From Candidatus Omnitrophota bacterium (GTDB lineage Bacteria; Omnitrophota; Gorgyraeia; Zapsychrales; Fredricksoniimonadaceae): a stretch of DNA of 61,776 nt. Positions 1 through 10,411 of this stretch are shown here, piece by piece. The stretch spans positions 1 through 61,776 of the forward strand of contig CAJARJ010000003.1 in assembly GCA_903944345.1 (NCBI GenBank), in the 5' to 3' direction. Both the position numbers and the translations under genes were made by a program. The notes beneath the pieces are model-generated. The model was not told the origin of the DNA. It searched no databases and worked only from the letters and a program-made list of their open reading frames with translations. Positions within the stretch are counted from its first letter, which is position 1; each line of letters opens with the position of its first letter.

Positions 1-1
1 C

Positions 2-3000
2 AACGATACGCTCAGTGCAACCGGAACGGTGAGTGTTGACGCGGACGGGTTGACCACGGTGGCCGCGGCGGGAGATATTACAGCGGGTGGAGCGGTGAGC
101 TTTGGGGCGGCAAAGAACGGTGCCTTGAGCCTGGCGGGAGATATTGATACTTCGGATGACAATGTGACCTTCGCGCGAGCGGTGACGCTGGGTGGGGATG
201 TGGATATTGACACAACGGGAGCGGCCGCCGGGAACATCCTGTTTAGCGGGATGATTAATGCAGCGGGACACGCCCTGGTATTGGACGCCGGCGGTGCAGG
301 GAATATAACCTTGAGCGGGGCCTTGGCGGGTAACGGTGCTCTGACTGTGCGTTCGGGGGCAATGCAGTCTTATCAGGTTTTGACTGTCGATACCCTTGAT
401 ATTCAGAACGCAACTTTCAGTGTTCTTTTTAATGCCGGGATATCTGCAGACACATCGCTTGCTGTTAACAGCAGCGGCACAATCGGGATTAATGGCACGA
501 TCAATGCTGGCGGAACAATAGATATCAATGCGGATGGTCTTACAACCGTAGGCTCAGGCGGTGACATAACAGCAGAAGGTGCAGTTACTTTTGGCGCCTC
601 GAAAGCCGGTGGAGTCAGCCTTTCCGCTGATGTAACAACCTTGGGCGCCCCGATAGCTTTTGTTCGCCCGGTTTCTTTGGGGGCTTCAGTTGTGCTCGAT
701 ACGCATGCTACGACTGGGGTGGCGGATATATCTTTGTCCGCAGTCACAGCAAACGGGTTTGATATTTTGCTGGACACCGGTCATGTGAGCGGGGCTGATA
801 TGACGCTGACTTCTGTTTCCGGTGTGGGAAGTTTGACTATTCGTGATGTAGGCACGTTGAATGTTTCAGGCCAGATTGATGCTGATACGGGTGTGGTTGT
901 CACCAGTGCGGTTGATTTGCTTGATTTTGCCGGTTCCCTGACAACACCGGCATTGACGTTGCCTGTAATGGTGACAAACTATGATTTACATTTGACCGGA
1001 GCGGCTGTTTCAATTGAAGATTCTATGGTTTTTACTAATACTGGCGCTTTGGTATTGGGCCGATCTGCCGGGACATTGTCTTTTGAAGGCGGTCTGACCG
1101 CATTAACCAGTTTGTCTCTGGAGCTTAATGGGCAAATCAACACACAGGGGTCTTTGGTCAATTTGTCCCGAAATATTCTCTTGGGCTCGGATGTGATTAT
1201 AGATACCGGCAATTCCGCGACAGGTACGATTAACCTTGGAGATGTATCCAGTGCAGGACATCGCTTGACTCTGGATTCTGGCAGCAATGCAGGCGCGACT
1301 ATCAATATGGGGAGCATGAGTGACCTTGGCGGAGGACTCGTTGTGGTTGATGCGGGAGGACTTGTTACACTGGGAGCTTTGGGCCAGACGGTAACAGGCA
1401 ATATCCTGATCTCCCAGACCAGGGCCGGCATGAATTTTTCGGGGGCTGTTAATGCCAATACATTAGAGGTCACAGACACGGCGGATGCCCAGACAGTTCT
1501 TTTTTCCGGAGACACTTCGATTTCAAACCTTCTGACGGGCGCCCAACCTTACAATCTTGCTTTCTCGGGAGACTCCACGGTTATTTCTGGACATACTGTT
1601 TTCAATAATGCGGGTCTGCTTGTTTTAGGGGCGGATTCTTCTTCCAGTGTTGTTTTTAGTAATGGTGTTGATACGACAGGTGTTGCTTCGACCCGGATTG
1701 CCGGTTTGTTGGAAACAGTCGATTCCCCGATGGTTCTCGGGTCTGTGATAATGAACGATGCTTCTGTATTGCGTAGCGGTACAGGAACAATGGATGTGCA
1801 AAGCATTTCAGATGAAGGTAACGCCTATACTCTGACAATCGGGTCTGCAGCCCAAACCGGTGCTGTAGCTTTCTCCGGAGACGTGGCGATTGATGCTCTT
1901 GTCTTGTCCGGTGGGGCTTATCAGGTGTCTTTGCTGGGAGCTGCTAACGAGATTGAGCAGCTGCTGATTTTTAACAATACCGCCGGCGTTATTCTGGGAG
2001 ATAGCCAGAATGACAGTTTTCTTTTTTCTTCCGGCGTGACGGCTTTGTCTTCGGCAGTCACTTTGTTCGGTCAGCTGATGACGAATGCTTCTGCGGTGAC
2101 TCTGGGCGCGGTGTCTCTGGCAGGAGATTCGTTGGTTGATACCACCAACGGCGGGGTTTCGGCTTCTGGCGCGAATATTTCTGCGGTTAGTCTTGATGGA
2201 TCTTCGGCATTGGTTCTGGATGCGGGGTTGTCAGGGAATATTACGTTCGCAGGCGACATAGGAAGTGTTCTTCCGCTTACTTCTTTAACGATTATGAATT
2301 CGAACGATATGTATTTGGGGAATGTGACTTTAACCGGGGCCTTGACCCAGCTGACCGGACAGGGAACAACCTCTTTGAATGCAGCCGTTCTTACCGGAGG
2401 GGCGGTGGAGTTAAGAACCGGTGCGATAGCTTTTACCGGACAGGGTTATATCAATGCGAATTCCAGGGGGGCAGATGTTTCGCTCTTTGCTTTGTCAGGG
2501 ATGATCACCAGCGGAGAGGCTTTGACAGATATCACCGCAAGAATGCTTACTTTGGACGCTTTTTCCGGGATCGGTACTGCGGATAATCCTTTGCTGATCG
2601 ATGCCATGGATTTGCGCCTTTTCCAGGCGGGAGCTTATTTGAGAATCGGAGGAGACCTTATTGTAGCATCCATTTACCTGAATGAGGGCGGAGAGATCAG
2701 TGTTAACGGATCCATTCTTGACGATGAAGATAGCGGGGGTATGGATTTTATTTCGGACGGAGACGTGATTCTACGGACGACGTATGGTGTGATCGGCACT
2801 GCCATGAATCCTCTTGAAGTGGGTATAGCCGGGCAATTGATCCTGAGTCCCGGAGGAGTTAGTGGTCTTTTTTCGGCCGTCATTAGCGGGAGGACCCAGG
2901 GGCAGCGGGTTTATATTCGCAATTTGCCAACGGGCTTTGTTCTTTTTAACAATCGTATTTTTGCCGGCCCGGTGGATCTGGTCTCCGGCTATTCACAATC

Positions 3001-3124
3001 CTTGGCTGTTCCCGAGCAAGGGCGCGCGGGGGTTATGAATGTTCCGGAAGTGTTCGGGCAGCTTCTTTCTGGTCCGGCATTTTTTTATTTTGGCGCCATG
3101 AACGATCTTGTGGCTGACTTCTAG
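2..3124 (+). CDS. C-terminal ~1,040 aa of a very large secreted/surface repeat protein (beta-helix / adhesin-like); 5' end lies upstream of the window
   Basis: The reading frame is open from nt 2 with no upstream stop. The protein is G/T/A/S/V/L-rich with almost no charged runs. An internal ~164-aa repeat is visible: VDADGLTTVAAAGDITAGGAVSFGA at aa 3 versus INADGLTTVGSGGDITAEGAVTFGA at aa 166. GxGNITL/F-type motifs recur. The family cannot be named without a search. Confidence 0.75.
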   Translation, partial: NDTLSATGTVSVDADGLTTVAAAGDITAGGAVSFGAAKNGALSLAGDIDTSDDNVTFARAVTLGGDVDIDTTGAAAGNILFSGMINAAGHALVLDAGGAGNITLSGALAGNGALTVRSGAMQSYQVLTVDTLDIQNATFSVLFNAGISADTSLAVNSSGTIGINGTINAGGTIDINADGLTTVGSGGDITAEGAVTFGASKAGGVSLSADVTTLGAPIAFVRPVSLGASVVLDTHATTGVADISLSAVTANGFDILLDTGHVSGADMTLTSVSGVGSLTIRDVGTLNVSGQIDADTGVVVTSAVDLLDFAGSLTTPALTLPVMVTNYDLHLTGAAVSIEDSMVFTNTGALVLGRSAGTLSFEGGLTALTSLSLELNGQINTQGSLVNLSRNILLGSDVIIDTGNSATGTINLGDVSSAGHRLTLDSGSNAGATINMGSMSDLGGGLVVVDAGGLVTLGALGQTVTGNILISQTRAGMNFSGAVNANTLEVTDTADAQTVLFSGDTSISNLLTGAQPYNLAFSGDSTVISGHTVFNNAGLLVLGADSSSSVVFSNGVDTTGVASTRIAGLLETVDSPMVLGSVIMNDASVLRSGTGTMDVQSISDEGNAYTLTIGSAAQTGAVAFSGDVAIDALVLSGGAYQVSLLGAANEIEQLLIFNNTAGVILGDSQNDSFLFSSGVTALSSAVTLFGQLMTNASAVTLGAVSLAGDSLVDTTNGGVSASGANISAVSLDGSSALVLDAGLSGNITFAGDIGSVLPLTSLTIMNSNDMYLGNVTLTGALTQLTGQGTTSLNAAVLTGGAVELRTGAIAFTGQGYINANSRGADVSLFALSGMITSGEALTDITARMLTLDAFSGIGTADNPLLIDAMDLRLFQAGAYLRIGGDLIVASIYLNEGGEISVNGSILDDEDSGGMDFISDGDVILRTTYGVIGTAMNPLEVGIAGQLILSPGGVSGLFSAVISGRTQGQRVYIRNLPTGFVLFNNRIFAGPVDLVSGYSQSLAVPEQGRAGVMNVPEVFGQLLSGPAFFYFGAMNDLVADF

Positions 3125-4351
<1,227 letters not shown>

Positions 4352-4370
4352 CGGCAAGTCCGGACTGGAT

Positions 4371-5612
4371 ATGATTTTTCAGGCTCTCAAATACCCTAAT
4401 TTGCGTTTGTTTCTTTTTGGCCAGTTGTGTTCTTTGGTCGGGACATGGATGCAGATTGTCGCTGGAAGCTGGCTTATTTACCGTCTGACGGATTCGCCCT
4501 GGCTTCTGGGTGTTTTTGCTTTTGCCATGAACTTCCCGACACTGCTTTTTTCTCCTCTGGCCGGGGTCGCCGCGGATCGCTTTGATCGTCGGAATCTTTT
4601 GATATTGGTCAATGTTCTTTCCATGATCCAGGCTTTCGTTTTGTGGCTTTTGGTGTTTACCGGAATGGTTCAGCTTTGGCATTTGATGGTGTTGAGTATG
4701 GTTTTGGGTGTTTTAAATGCCTATGAACTGCCTTTGCGTCAGTCCCTGATCAGTCAGCTGGTTGACGATCACCGGGATCTTCCCAATGCGATAGCGCTGA
4801 ATTCTTCAGTTTTTAACGGCTCTCGTCTGGTCGGGCCGGCAGTGGCCGGGGCGGTTATTTCCTTTCTGGGAGAAGGGGTTTGTTTTCTGGTTAATGCGCT
4901 CAGTTTCCTTCCGGTGATAGCAACCCTGCTGGCCATGCGCCTTGCCTCGCATCACCGAGCAAGCGCACAGCCGGATAGCGGCGGGATCCGGGCGGGGTTT
5001 GCTTATGTAAGGGCCTCGATGCCGATCAGGCTGCTTTTGATTATGGTTTCAGTATTAAGTATGGTCAACGGGGCTTTTTACGCACTGGCACCGGTTTTTG
5101 CCAGGGATGTCTTTGGTGGCGGTCCGCAGGTTTTGGGTTATCTGTTGTCTTTTTCCGGGTTCGGGGCCTTTCTGGGTGCGGCTTATCTGGCCGGACGCAG
5201 AACGGTTATTGGCCTGGGGCGTATTGTGGCGGTTGCCGGAATTGCCGCCGGAGCGGCGTATATGGTTTTTGCTGTTTATCCGGATATCCGGCTGGCGTCC
5301 TTTGCAATATTTTTGTGCGGTTTTTGTGTCATCGCCAGTATCGGGGGGATGAATATTATTATCCAGACGCTGGTTGATGAGCATATGCGCGGACGGGTGA
5401 TGAGCATGTATGCTTTGGCTCTGGTTGGCATTTCTCCTTTTGGCAGCCTGGCTGCCGGTGCGCTGGCTATGCATGCCGGAGAGGTAACGGCCATGTTTCT
5501 GTCCGGGATACTGGCCATGGCGGCGATGGGATATTTTTGGTTTTGTCTGCCATCTTTTCGGGCGAAAGTCCGGCCGATCTATGCGCGTAAAGGTATTATT
5601 CCTGAGGTTTGA
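4371..5612 (+). CDS. MFS transporter (MFS_3 / EntS-like)
   Basis: The protein is a multi-TM hydrophobic protein with the motif PLAGVAADRFDRRNLL after TM2. The track ORF start at 3999 overlaps tgt in another frame, so the first ATG after the tgt stop (4371) was taken. Confidence 0.85.
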   Translation: MIFQALKYPNLRLFLFGQLCSLVGTWMQIVAGSWLIYRLTDSPWLLGVFAFAMNFPTLLFSPLAGVAADRFDRRNLLILVNVLSMIQAFVLWLLVFTGMVQLWHLMVLSMVLGVLNAYELPLRQSLISQLVDDHRDLPNAIALNSSVFNGSRLVGPAVAGAVISFLGEGVCFLVNALSFLPVIATLLAMRLASHHRASAQPDSGGIRAGFAYVRASMPIRLLLIMVSVLSMVNGAFYALAPVFARDVFGGGPQVLGYLLSFSGFGAFLGAAYLAGRRTVIGLGRIVAVAGIAAGAAYMVFAVYPDIRLASFAIFLCGFCVIASIGGMNIIIQTLVDEHMRGRVMSMYALALVGISPFGSLAAGALAMHAGEVTAMFLSGILAMAAMGYFWFCLPSFRAKVRPIYARKGIIPEV

Positions 5613-5624
5613 TGCGGAGGGCGC

Positions 5625-6305
5625 ATGTTGCGTATTGATGTGATTACAATTTTCCCGCGGATGTTTTCTGCGGTTCTGGACGAGTCGATCATGCGGCGGG
5701 CCAGACTCAAGAAGTGTGTTGATCTGCGCGTGCACGATTTAAGGGATTTCTCGGAGGACTCGCATCGCAAGGTGGATGACCGCCCGTTCGGGGGCGGCCC
5801 CGGCATGGTGATGACTCCGCAGCCGCTGGTTTCCGCGGTCAAGAAGATTCGGGGCAGAAGAAAAAATGTCCGGGTCATTTATTTGTGTCCCGGCGGAGTA
5901 ACCTTCACGCAGCAGAAGGCCAGGGAAATGGCGCAGGGGAAGGCGTATATTCTGGTCTGCGGCCATTACGAGGGGATTGATGAACGCGTGCGGGAGCTGG
6001 TCGTAGATGAAAGCCTTTCGGCCGGAGATTATGTTTTGACAGGAGGAGAAATTCCTGCGATGCTTGTCATTGATGCCGTGGTCAGGCTTTTGCCGGGAGT
6101 CCTTGGTTGTGCGGAGTCGATCGCGGAAGAATCCTTCGAGAATAACTTGCTGGAATATCCGCAGTATACACGTCCTGCAGATTTTTCTGGCAAAAAAGTA
6201 CCCGCTGTGCTATTATCCGGCAACCATTTGGCCGTAAAAAGATGGCGACATGAGCAGGCAGTGGCCCGCACTCAAGCATTTCGCCCGGACTTGTTAAAGA
6301 AGTAG
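5625..6305 (+). CDS. trmD: tRNA (guanine37-N1)-methyltransferase
   Basis: MLRIDVITIFPRMF, DDRPFGGGPGMVM and CGHYEGIDERV motifs. A GGAGGG RBS lies upstream. The trmD-rplS synteny is classic. Confidence 0.95.
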   Translation: MLRIDVITIFPRMFSAVLDESIMRRARLKKCVDLRVHDLRDFSEDSHRKVDDRPFGGGPGMVMTPQPLVSAVKKIRGRRKNVRVIYLCPGGVTFTQQKAREMAQGKAYILVCGHYEGIDERVRELVVDESLSAGDYVLTGGEIPAMLVIDAVVRLLPGVLGCAESIAEESFENNLLEYPQYTRPADFSGKKVPAVLLSGNHLAVKRWRHEQAVARTQAFRPDLLKK

Positions 6306-6314
6306 GAGATAATC

Positions 6315-6677
6315 ATGGCAGGCAGGTTGGACAAATTAAAGGTTATTGAGAAAAAATATCTTCGTAGCGATATGCCTTCGTTCAATGTGGGGGATACCGT
6401 AAAGATGAAGATCAAGGTGCAGGAAGCGGACAAGATTCGTTTGCATTCCTGGGAAGGCATCGTCATTCAGAAGCGTGGTACGGGGGTCAAGGCAACTTTT
6501 ACCGTACGCAAGGTTTCTTTTGGCGAAGGCGTGGAAAAGATTTTCCCGGTCAATTCTCCGGTCATTGACAGCATCAAAGTGGTCAGCAGGGGCGATGTCA
6601 ACAGAGCCAAGTTGTATTTCTTACGGGACAAGTCCGGTAAGGCCAGCCGTATCAGGACAGAAGTCGTTCCTGTCTGA
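6315..6677 (+). CDS. rplS: 50S ribosomal protein L19
   Basis: PSFNVGDTVKMKIKV.E..K.R...EGIVI.KRG.G...TFTVRK motifs are typical of bL19. Confidence 0.95.
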   Translation: MAGRLDKLKVIEKKYLRSDMPSFNVGDTVKMKIKVQEADKIRLHSWEGIVIQKRGTGVKATFTVRKVSFGEGVEKIFPVNSPVIDSIKVVSRGDVNRAKLYFLRDKSGKASRIRTEVVPV

Positions 6678-7360
6678 TGTCTTTGCCTGGCAGGGATTTT
6701 TTTCGGGGCAGTTCTGCCTCTCTTGATGGTCTGGTTCATTTTGATAAAGCGAAAGCCGATGGCTTTCGCTTTATTTTTGGTGTCGATGAAGCCGGACGAG
6801 GCCCTTTGGCCGGGCCAGTAGTGGCTGCGGCCGTGTGTGTGCGCGAGGTTTCTTTTATCCAGAAGATTGCAGACTCAAAAGTTTTGACAGCATCCCGGCG
6901 ACAGCTGGCTTTTCACGAAATATTTGAACGCTCCTGGGTCGGGGTGGGACTGATGAGTGAATTGGTCATTGACCGGGTAAATATTCTTCGGGCCTCCCAT
7001 CTGGCCATGTCCCACGCCGTGCGGGATCTGACGGCAAGGATGCGTGGTCATGTTCCTTCTTTTGCGCAAGCCGGACAGGGATCTTTCGTCAAAGTTCTAA
7101 TCGACGGGGATTCTTACTCGGGCAGTCTTCCCTATCAGATCGAAACGGTTGTTAAGGGGGACGCCAAAAGCCTCTCGATTGCCTGTGCCAGTATCGTCGC
7201 CAAGGTGATCCGGGATCGTTTGATGGAAAAATACGATCAGGTCTATCCCGGTTATGATTTCTCACGTCACAAGGGATACCCTACCCGGGCTCATTGTTCC
7301 GCGGTCAATCGCTTGGGTTTTTCGCCAATTCATCGCAGGACTTTTAATTGTCCTGTTTGA
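6677..7360 (+). CDS. rnhB: ribonuclease HII
   Basis: The GVDEAGRGPLAGPVVAAAV active-site motif is present. The start overlaps the rplS stop (TGATG). Confidence 0.92.
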   Translation: MSLPGRDFFRGSSASLDGLVHFDKAKADGFRFIFGVDEAGRGPLAGPVVAAAVCVREVSFIQKIADSKVLTASRRQLAFHEIFERSWVGVGLMSELVIDRVNILRASHLAMSHAVRDLTARMRGHVPSFAQAGQGSFVKVLIDGDSYSGSLPYQIETVVKGDAKSLSIACASIVAKVIRDRLMEKYDQVYPGYDFSRHKGYPTRAHCSAVNRLGFSPIHRRTFNCPV

Positions 7361-7396
7361 GATAAGCCTGACAGATGTTATCCCGGAGATATTTTT

Positions 7397-7759
7397 ATGC
7401 GGTCGCATATTCTTGGCAGGAATGGCGAAGGTTTTGCAGCTCGTTTTCTTTCCGCCAACGGCTATACGATTCTTGAAACAAATTATCGCGCCTCTTGCGG
7501 AGAGATTGATATTGTCGCCAAAGACGGGGACATGTTGTGTTTTGTAGAGGTCAAAACCCGTTCCGGCCTGCAGAACGACCCTTTTGAAGCTGTCGGGCCG
7601 CGCAAGCAGAGGGTTCTGGCTCTGGTTGCCAGAATTTACCTGGCGGAGAGGTATGGCACAGACGAAATCACCTGCCGTTTCGATGTGCTGGCCGTTTACG
7701 AAGCACAGGATGGTTCTTTGTCCGGAGATCTGATCAAGGATGCGTTTTATCTGCAATAG
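7397..7759 (+). CDS. yraN: YraN-family (UPF0102) endonuclease-like protein
   Basis: GEGFAARFL..NGYTILETNYR...GEIDIVAKDGDMLCFVEVKTR matches the UPF0102 pattern. It follows rnhB, as in many genomes. Confidence 0.88.
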   Translation: MRSHILGRNGEGFAARFLSANGYTILETNYRASCGEIDIVAKDGDMLCFVEVKTRSGLQNDPFEAVGPRKQRVLALVARIYLAERYGTDEITCRFDVLAVYEAQDGSLSGDLIKDAFYLQ

Positions 7760-7846
7760 GGCCGCGGAGGCGTCGTCGTTATTTCTTCATGTATTTGCTC
7801 TCCGGTTTTGTTTTTGGGATGCGGTCATGAAAAAAAACAGTAAAAT

Positions 7847-7875
7847 TTGCAAATTTATATTTTATAAGGTATTAT
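7847..7875 (+). promoter_or_regulatory. sigma70-type promoter for fchA-folD
   Basis: TTGCAA (7847-7852), 17-nt spacer, TATTAT (7870-7875) in an AT-rich gap. It leaves a ~100-nt leader before ATG 7980. Confidence 0.5.
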
Positions 7876-7979
7876 TTATTTAGTTTTACGTTCCGCGAGC
7901 ATCTTTTCAGGGTACAAATTCTCGTAAATAGTCTTGGTCAGAACAGCAAACTTCTTTTTTTCATTTCAACATCTTCTGA

Positions 7980-8465
7980 ATGATCCGTTACGCTGATATT
8001 ACTTTAAGTGATTATCTGGAAAAACTCTCGGCCCGCGAACCTGTTCCCGGGGGAGGATCGGCGGCAGCCTTGACTGCGGCCCTTGGCGCGGCGCTTATTT
8101 GCATGGTTATTCGCTACTCGGTCGGCAAAGGCAAGCCGGAAAGTATCGAGGCGGATCTGCAGTCTTCTTTGCAGCTGACAGAAAAAGACAGAATAGAACT
8201 GACCGGCCTTGTGACCGGTGACTCCGAGGCGTATCTGGCTATGCGGGAAGCCAAGAAAAAGGGGCCGGAGGAATATAAAATTGCTACAGAGGCTGCCAAT
8301 CAGGTTTCTTTACGAATCAAGACTTTATCCGAAGACTTGCTGGCAAGAACAGTTTTTTTGCGCAAGGAAGGCAATCCTTATCTTTTAAGTGATGTTGCGG
8401 CTGCTGAAGCCTTTTTGAAGGCGGCGATTGCGACCTGTTTGGCCATGATGGAGAGTAATACATGA
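7980..8465 (+). CDS. fchA: cyclodeaminase/cyclohydrolase family protein (methenyl-THF cyclohydrolase FchA-like)
   Basis: The SAREPVPGGGSAAALTAALGAAL motif marks the FTCD C-terminal / FchA family. The gene is coupled to folD through an ATGA overlap. Confidence 0.85.
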   Translation: MIRYADITLSDYLEKLSAREPVPGGGSAAALTAALGAALICMVIRYSVGKGKPESIEADLQSSLQLTEKDRIELTGLVTGDSEAYLAMREAKKKGPEEYKIATEAANQVSLRIKTLSEDLLARTVFLRKEGNPYLLSDVAAAEAFLKAAIATCLAMMESNT

Positions 8466-9331
8466 CAGCCGGAATTCTAGACGGGAAAGCCCTTGCCGTC
8501 AGCTTACAGACCGCTTTAAAGCGTGAAATTGATGATATTCGTCAGCAGTCCGGGGCAATTCCTGTTTTTGCCAATATTGTTGTTGGTCACGATGCAGGCG
8601 CGGCATCCTACGCAAAGTCCCAGCAAAGAACCGCGGAAGCCCTGGGAATAGATTTTCGTTTCCTGCATCTTGCGGCGACGGCCACACAGCAGGAATTAAC
8701 TGAGCAGATTGCTCTTCTTAACAATGACCGCTCGGTGCATGGCATCATGCTGCACAAGCCTTTGCCGGAGCATATTGATTTCCAGGCGGCGGTTAATGCA
8801 ATAAGCGTGCACAAGGATCTTGAAGGGATGAATGTCACCAATCTTGGCGAGATGTTTCTTGGGAATTTCCATACAGTTCCATGTACGCCTGCCGCGGTTA
8901 TGGCGCTTTTGGCCTCGAGCGGCATTGATCCTGCCGGAAAAGATGCCGTTATTGTTGGTCGCAGCGAAATTGTTGGCAAACCCCTTATTCACCTTCTATT
9001 GCAGAAGAACTGCACGGTAAGTGTATGTCACAGTGCCACCAGCAAGGCCGGACGACTGGCTGAGCATATTTCCCGAGCGGATATTCTGGTTGCCGCACTC
9101 GGTCGTCCCGGGTTGATCCGGGGGGAGTGGGTTCAACCCGGGGCAGTGGTTATTGATGTCGGTATTAATTCAGTTGCCGGGAAAATTACCGGAGATGTCG
9201 AGTTTGCTTCGGCTGCGGAACGAGCCGCATTTATTACGCCCGTTCCAGGTGGAGTTGGACCAGTGACCGCGGTTTGTCTTATGAAGAATGGCGTGGAACT
9301 TTTTAAACGTCAGATCGGGTTGGGGGTATGA
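8462..9331 (+). CDS. folD: bifunctional methylene-THF dehydrogenase / methenyl-THF cyclohydrolase
   Basis: ILDGKALA.., ASYAKSQQR, GRSEIVGKPL and TPVPGGVGPVT motifs. Confidence 0.95.
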   Translation: MTAGILDGKALAVSLQTALKREIDDIRQQSGAIPVFANIVVGHDAGAASYAKSQQRTAEALGIDFRFLHLAATATQQELTEQIALLNNDRSVHGIMLHKPLPEHIDFQAAVNAISVHKDLEGMNVTNLGEMFLGNFHTVPCTPAAVMALLASSGIDPAGKDAVIVGRSEIVGKPLIHLLLQKNCTVSVCHSATSKAGRLAEHISRADILVAALGRPGLIRGEWVQPGAVVIDVGINSVAGKITGDVEFASAAERAAFITPVPGGVGPVTAVCLMKNGVELFKRQIGLGV

Positions 9332-10362
9332 GAAGATACGTTCTTGTGGGACATTCTGTTTCGGTGGTTGGTGCCATGACGGCTTTGCGCGGGTTTGATC
9401 CGCAAGCGGAGATTGTGATTGTCAGTTGTGACGGGCACCGGCCATATGACCGGATGCGTCTGGTTGAACTTTTGTCGCGCAAGACGCGCGAGAAAGATAT
9501 TTTCCTCGATCTTGAAGAATCTTCCGATGAAGAAAGGTTTCGGCTTCTCCTGGATCAGGAAATTGTGCGGATTAATTTCTCCCGACGCAAGATATTTTTC
9601 TCCGGAAAAACGCAGCTCGAATACGATGTTTTGATCCTGGCGGATGCTCCGCAGCTGCGTTGGCCTGATATCAAGGGTTTGCGCCGTTCCGGTGTTTTTA
9701 CGCTGGCCAGGCTGGATCAGGTGCGTTCGCTCATCCGGTATCTGCCTTTTATGGAAACAGTTGTCCTGCAGTTATCCGGAACGCAGGGGGTTTCTGCTGC
9801 GCTGGCCTTGCAGGCATTGGGAAAAGAGGTTGTTGTCTTGGAACCGGCGGACAGGTTGCTGCCCTCTTGTCTGGACCAGGAGTCATCGGCGTTGTTGTCC
9901 CGTTTTCTGACGGAACACTCGATCCGGGTGATTACGGAGAATCAGGTTGTAGATGTTTTGGGTGACACAGAAGTCAAGGCGGTTCGTCTTAAAAGCGGTA
10001 AAGTGCTGGCATGTTCTTCCTTGGTGCTGGAAAATGTTGCTGCGGATTTACGTTTTCTGCTGGACACAGAGTTATTGCTGGCCGAAGAAAGGATTCCCGT
10101 AACAGCGGGATTTCGTTCCAATATCCAGAGTGTTTATGCGCTCGATGCCGTCTGCCATATGGAGTCTCCGCTGGTTATCGGAGGGTACGGCACTTCGCGG
10201 TTGTGTGCCCAGGAGCAGGCTCTGACTGCGGTCAGGAACATTTCAGGGGAGGACGCCGGGTTTGCCTGTCCCGAGCCTTTCGGGGAGCAAGTCCTCAGGA
10301 GTTTTTCTTCTTCGGATGATGTTATGGTTTTGGAGCCTGTTCCCGGAGTATCAGGTGTTTGA
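9328..10362 (+). CDS. pyridine-nucleotide-disulfide-oxidoreductase-like protein with degenerate dinucleotide-binding motifs
   Basis: The overall layout resembles two-Rossmann FAD/NAD oxidoreductases (NADH oxidase / nitrite reductase N-terminal type). However, the GxGxxG positions read VGHSVSVVG and LSGTQGVSAA. The start overlaps the folD stop (ATGA). Confidence 0.6.
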   Translation: MRRYVLVGHSVSVVGAMTALRGFDPQAEIVIVSCDGHRPYDRMRLVELLSRKTREKDIFLDLEESSDEERFRLLLDQEIVRINFSRRKIFFSGKTQLEYDVLILADAPQLRWPDIKGLRRSGVFTLARLDQVRSLIRYLPFMETVVLQLSGTQGVSAALALQALGKEVVVLEPADRLLPSCLDQESSALLSRFLTEHSIRVITENQVVDVLGDTEVKAVRLKSGKVLACSSLVLENVAADLRFLLDTELLLAEERIPVTAGFRSNIQSVYALDAVCHMESPLVIGGYGTSRLCAQEQALTAVRNISGEDAGFACPEPFGEQVLRSFSSSDDVMVLEPVPGVSGV

Positions 10363-10411
10363 CCTCGGTGGTCGCCTGGGGCGCATCCGGGTTTATCCGA
10401 AAGGTGAGATT

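Noticed and set aside
403-2883. Several 60-180-aa minus-strand ORFs inside the giant repeat gene
   Set aside because: They are produced by the GC-patterned Gly/Thr/Ala codon repeats of the plus-strand gene. They have no independent signals.
2700-3124. Autotransporter beta-barrel or outer-membrane beta-signal at the C-terminus of the giant protein (it ends in ...VADF)
   Set aside because: Only ~130 non-repeat residues follow the repeats, too short for a 12-strand translocator. The alternating hydrophobic pattern before the terminal Phe is imperfect. It is not claimed.
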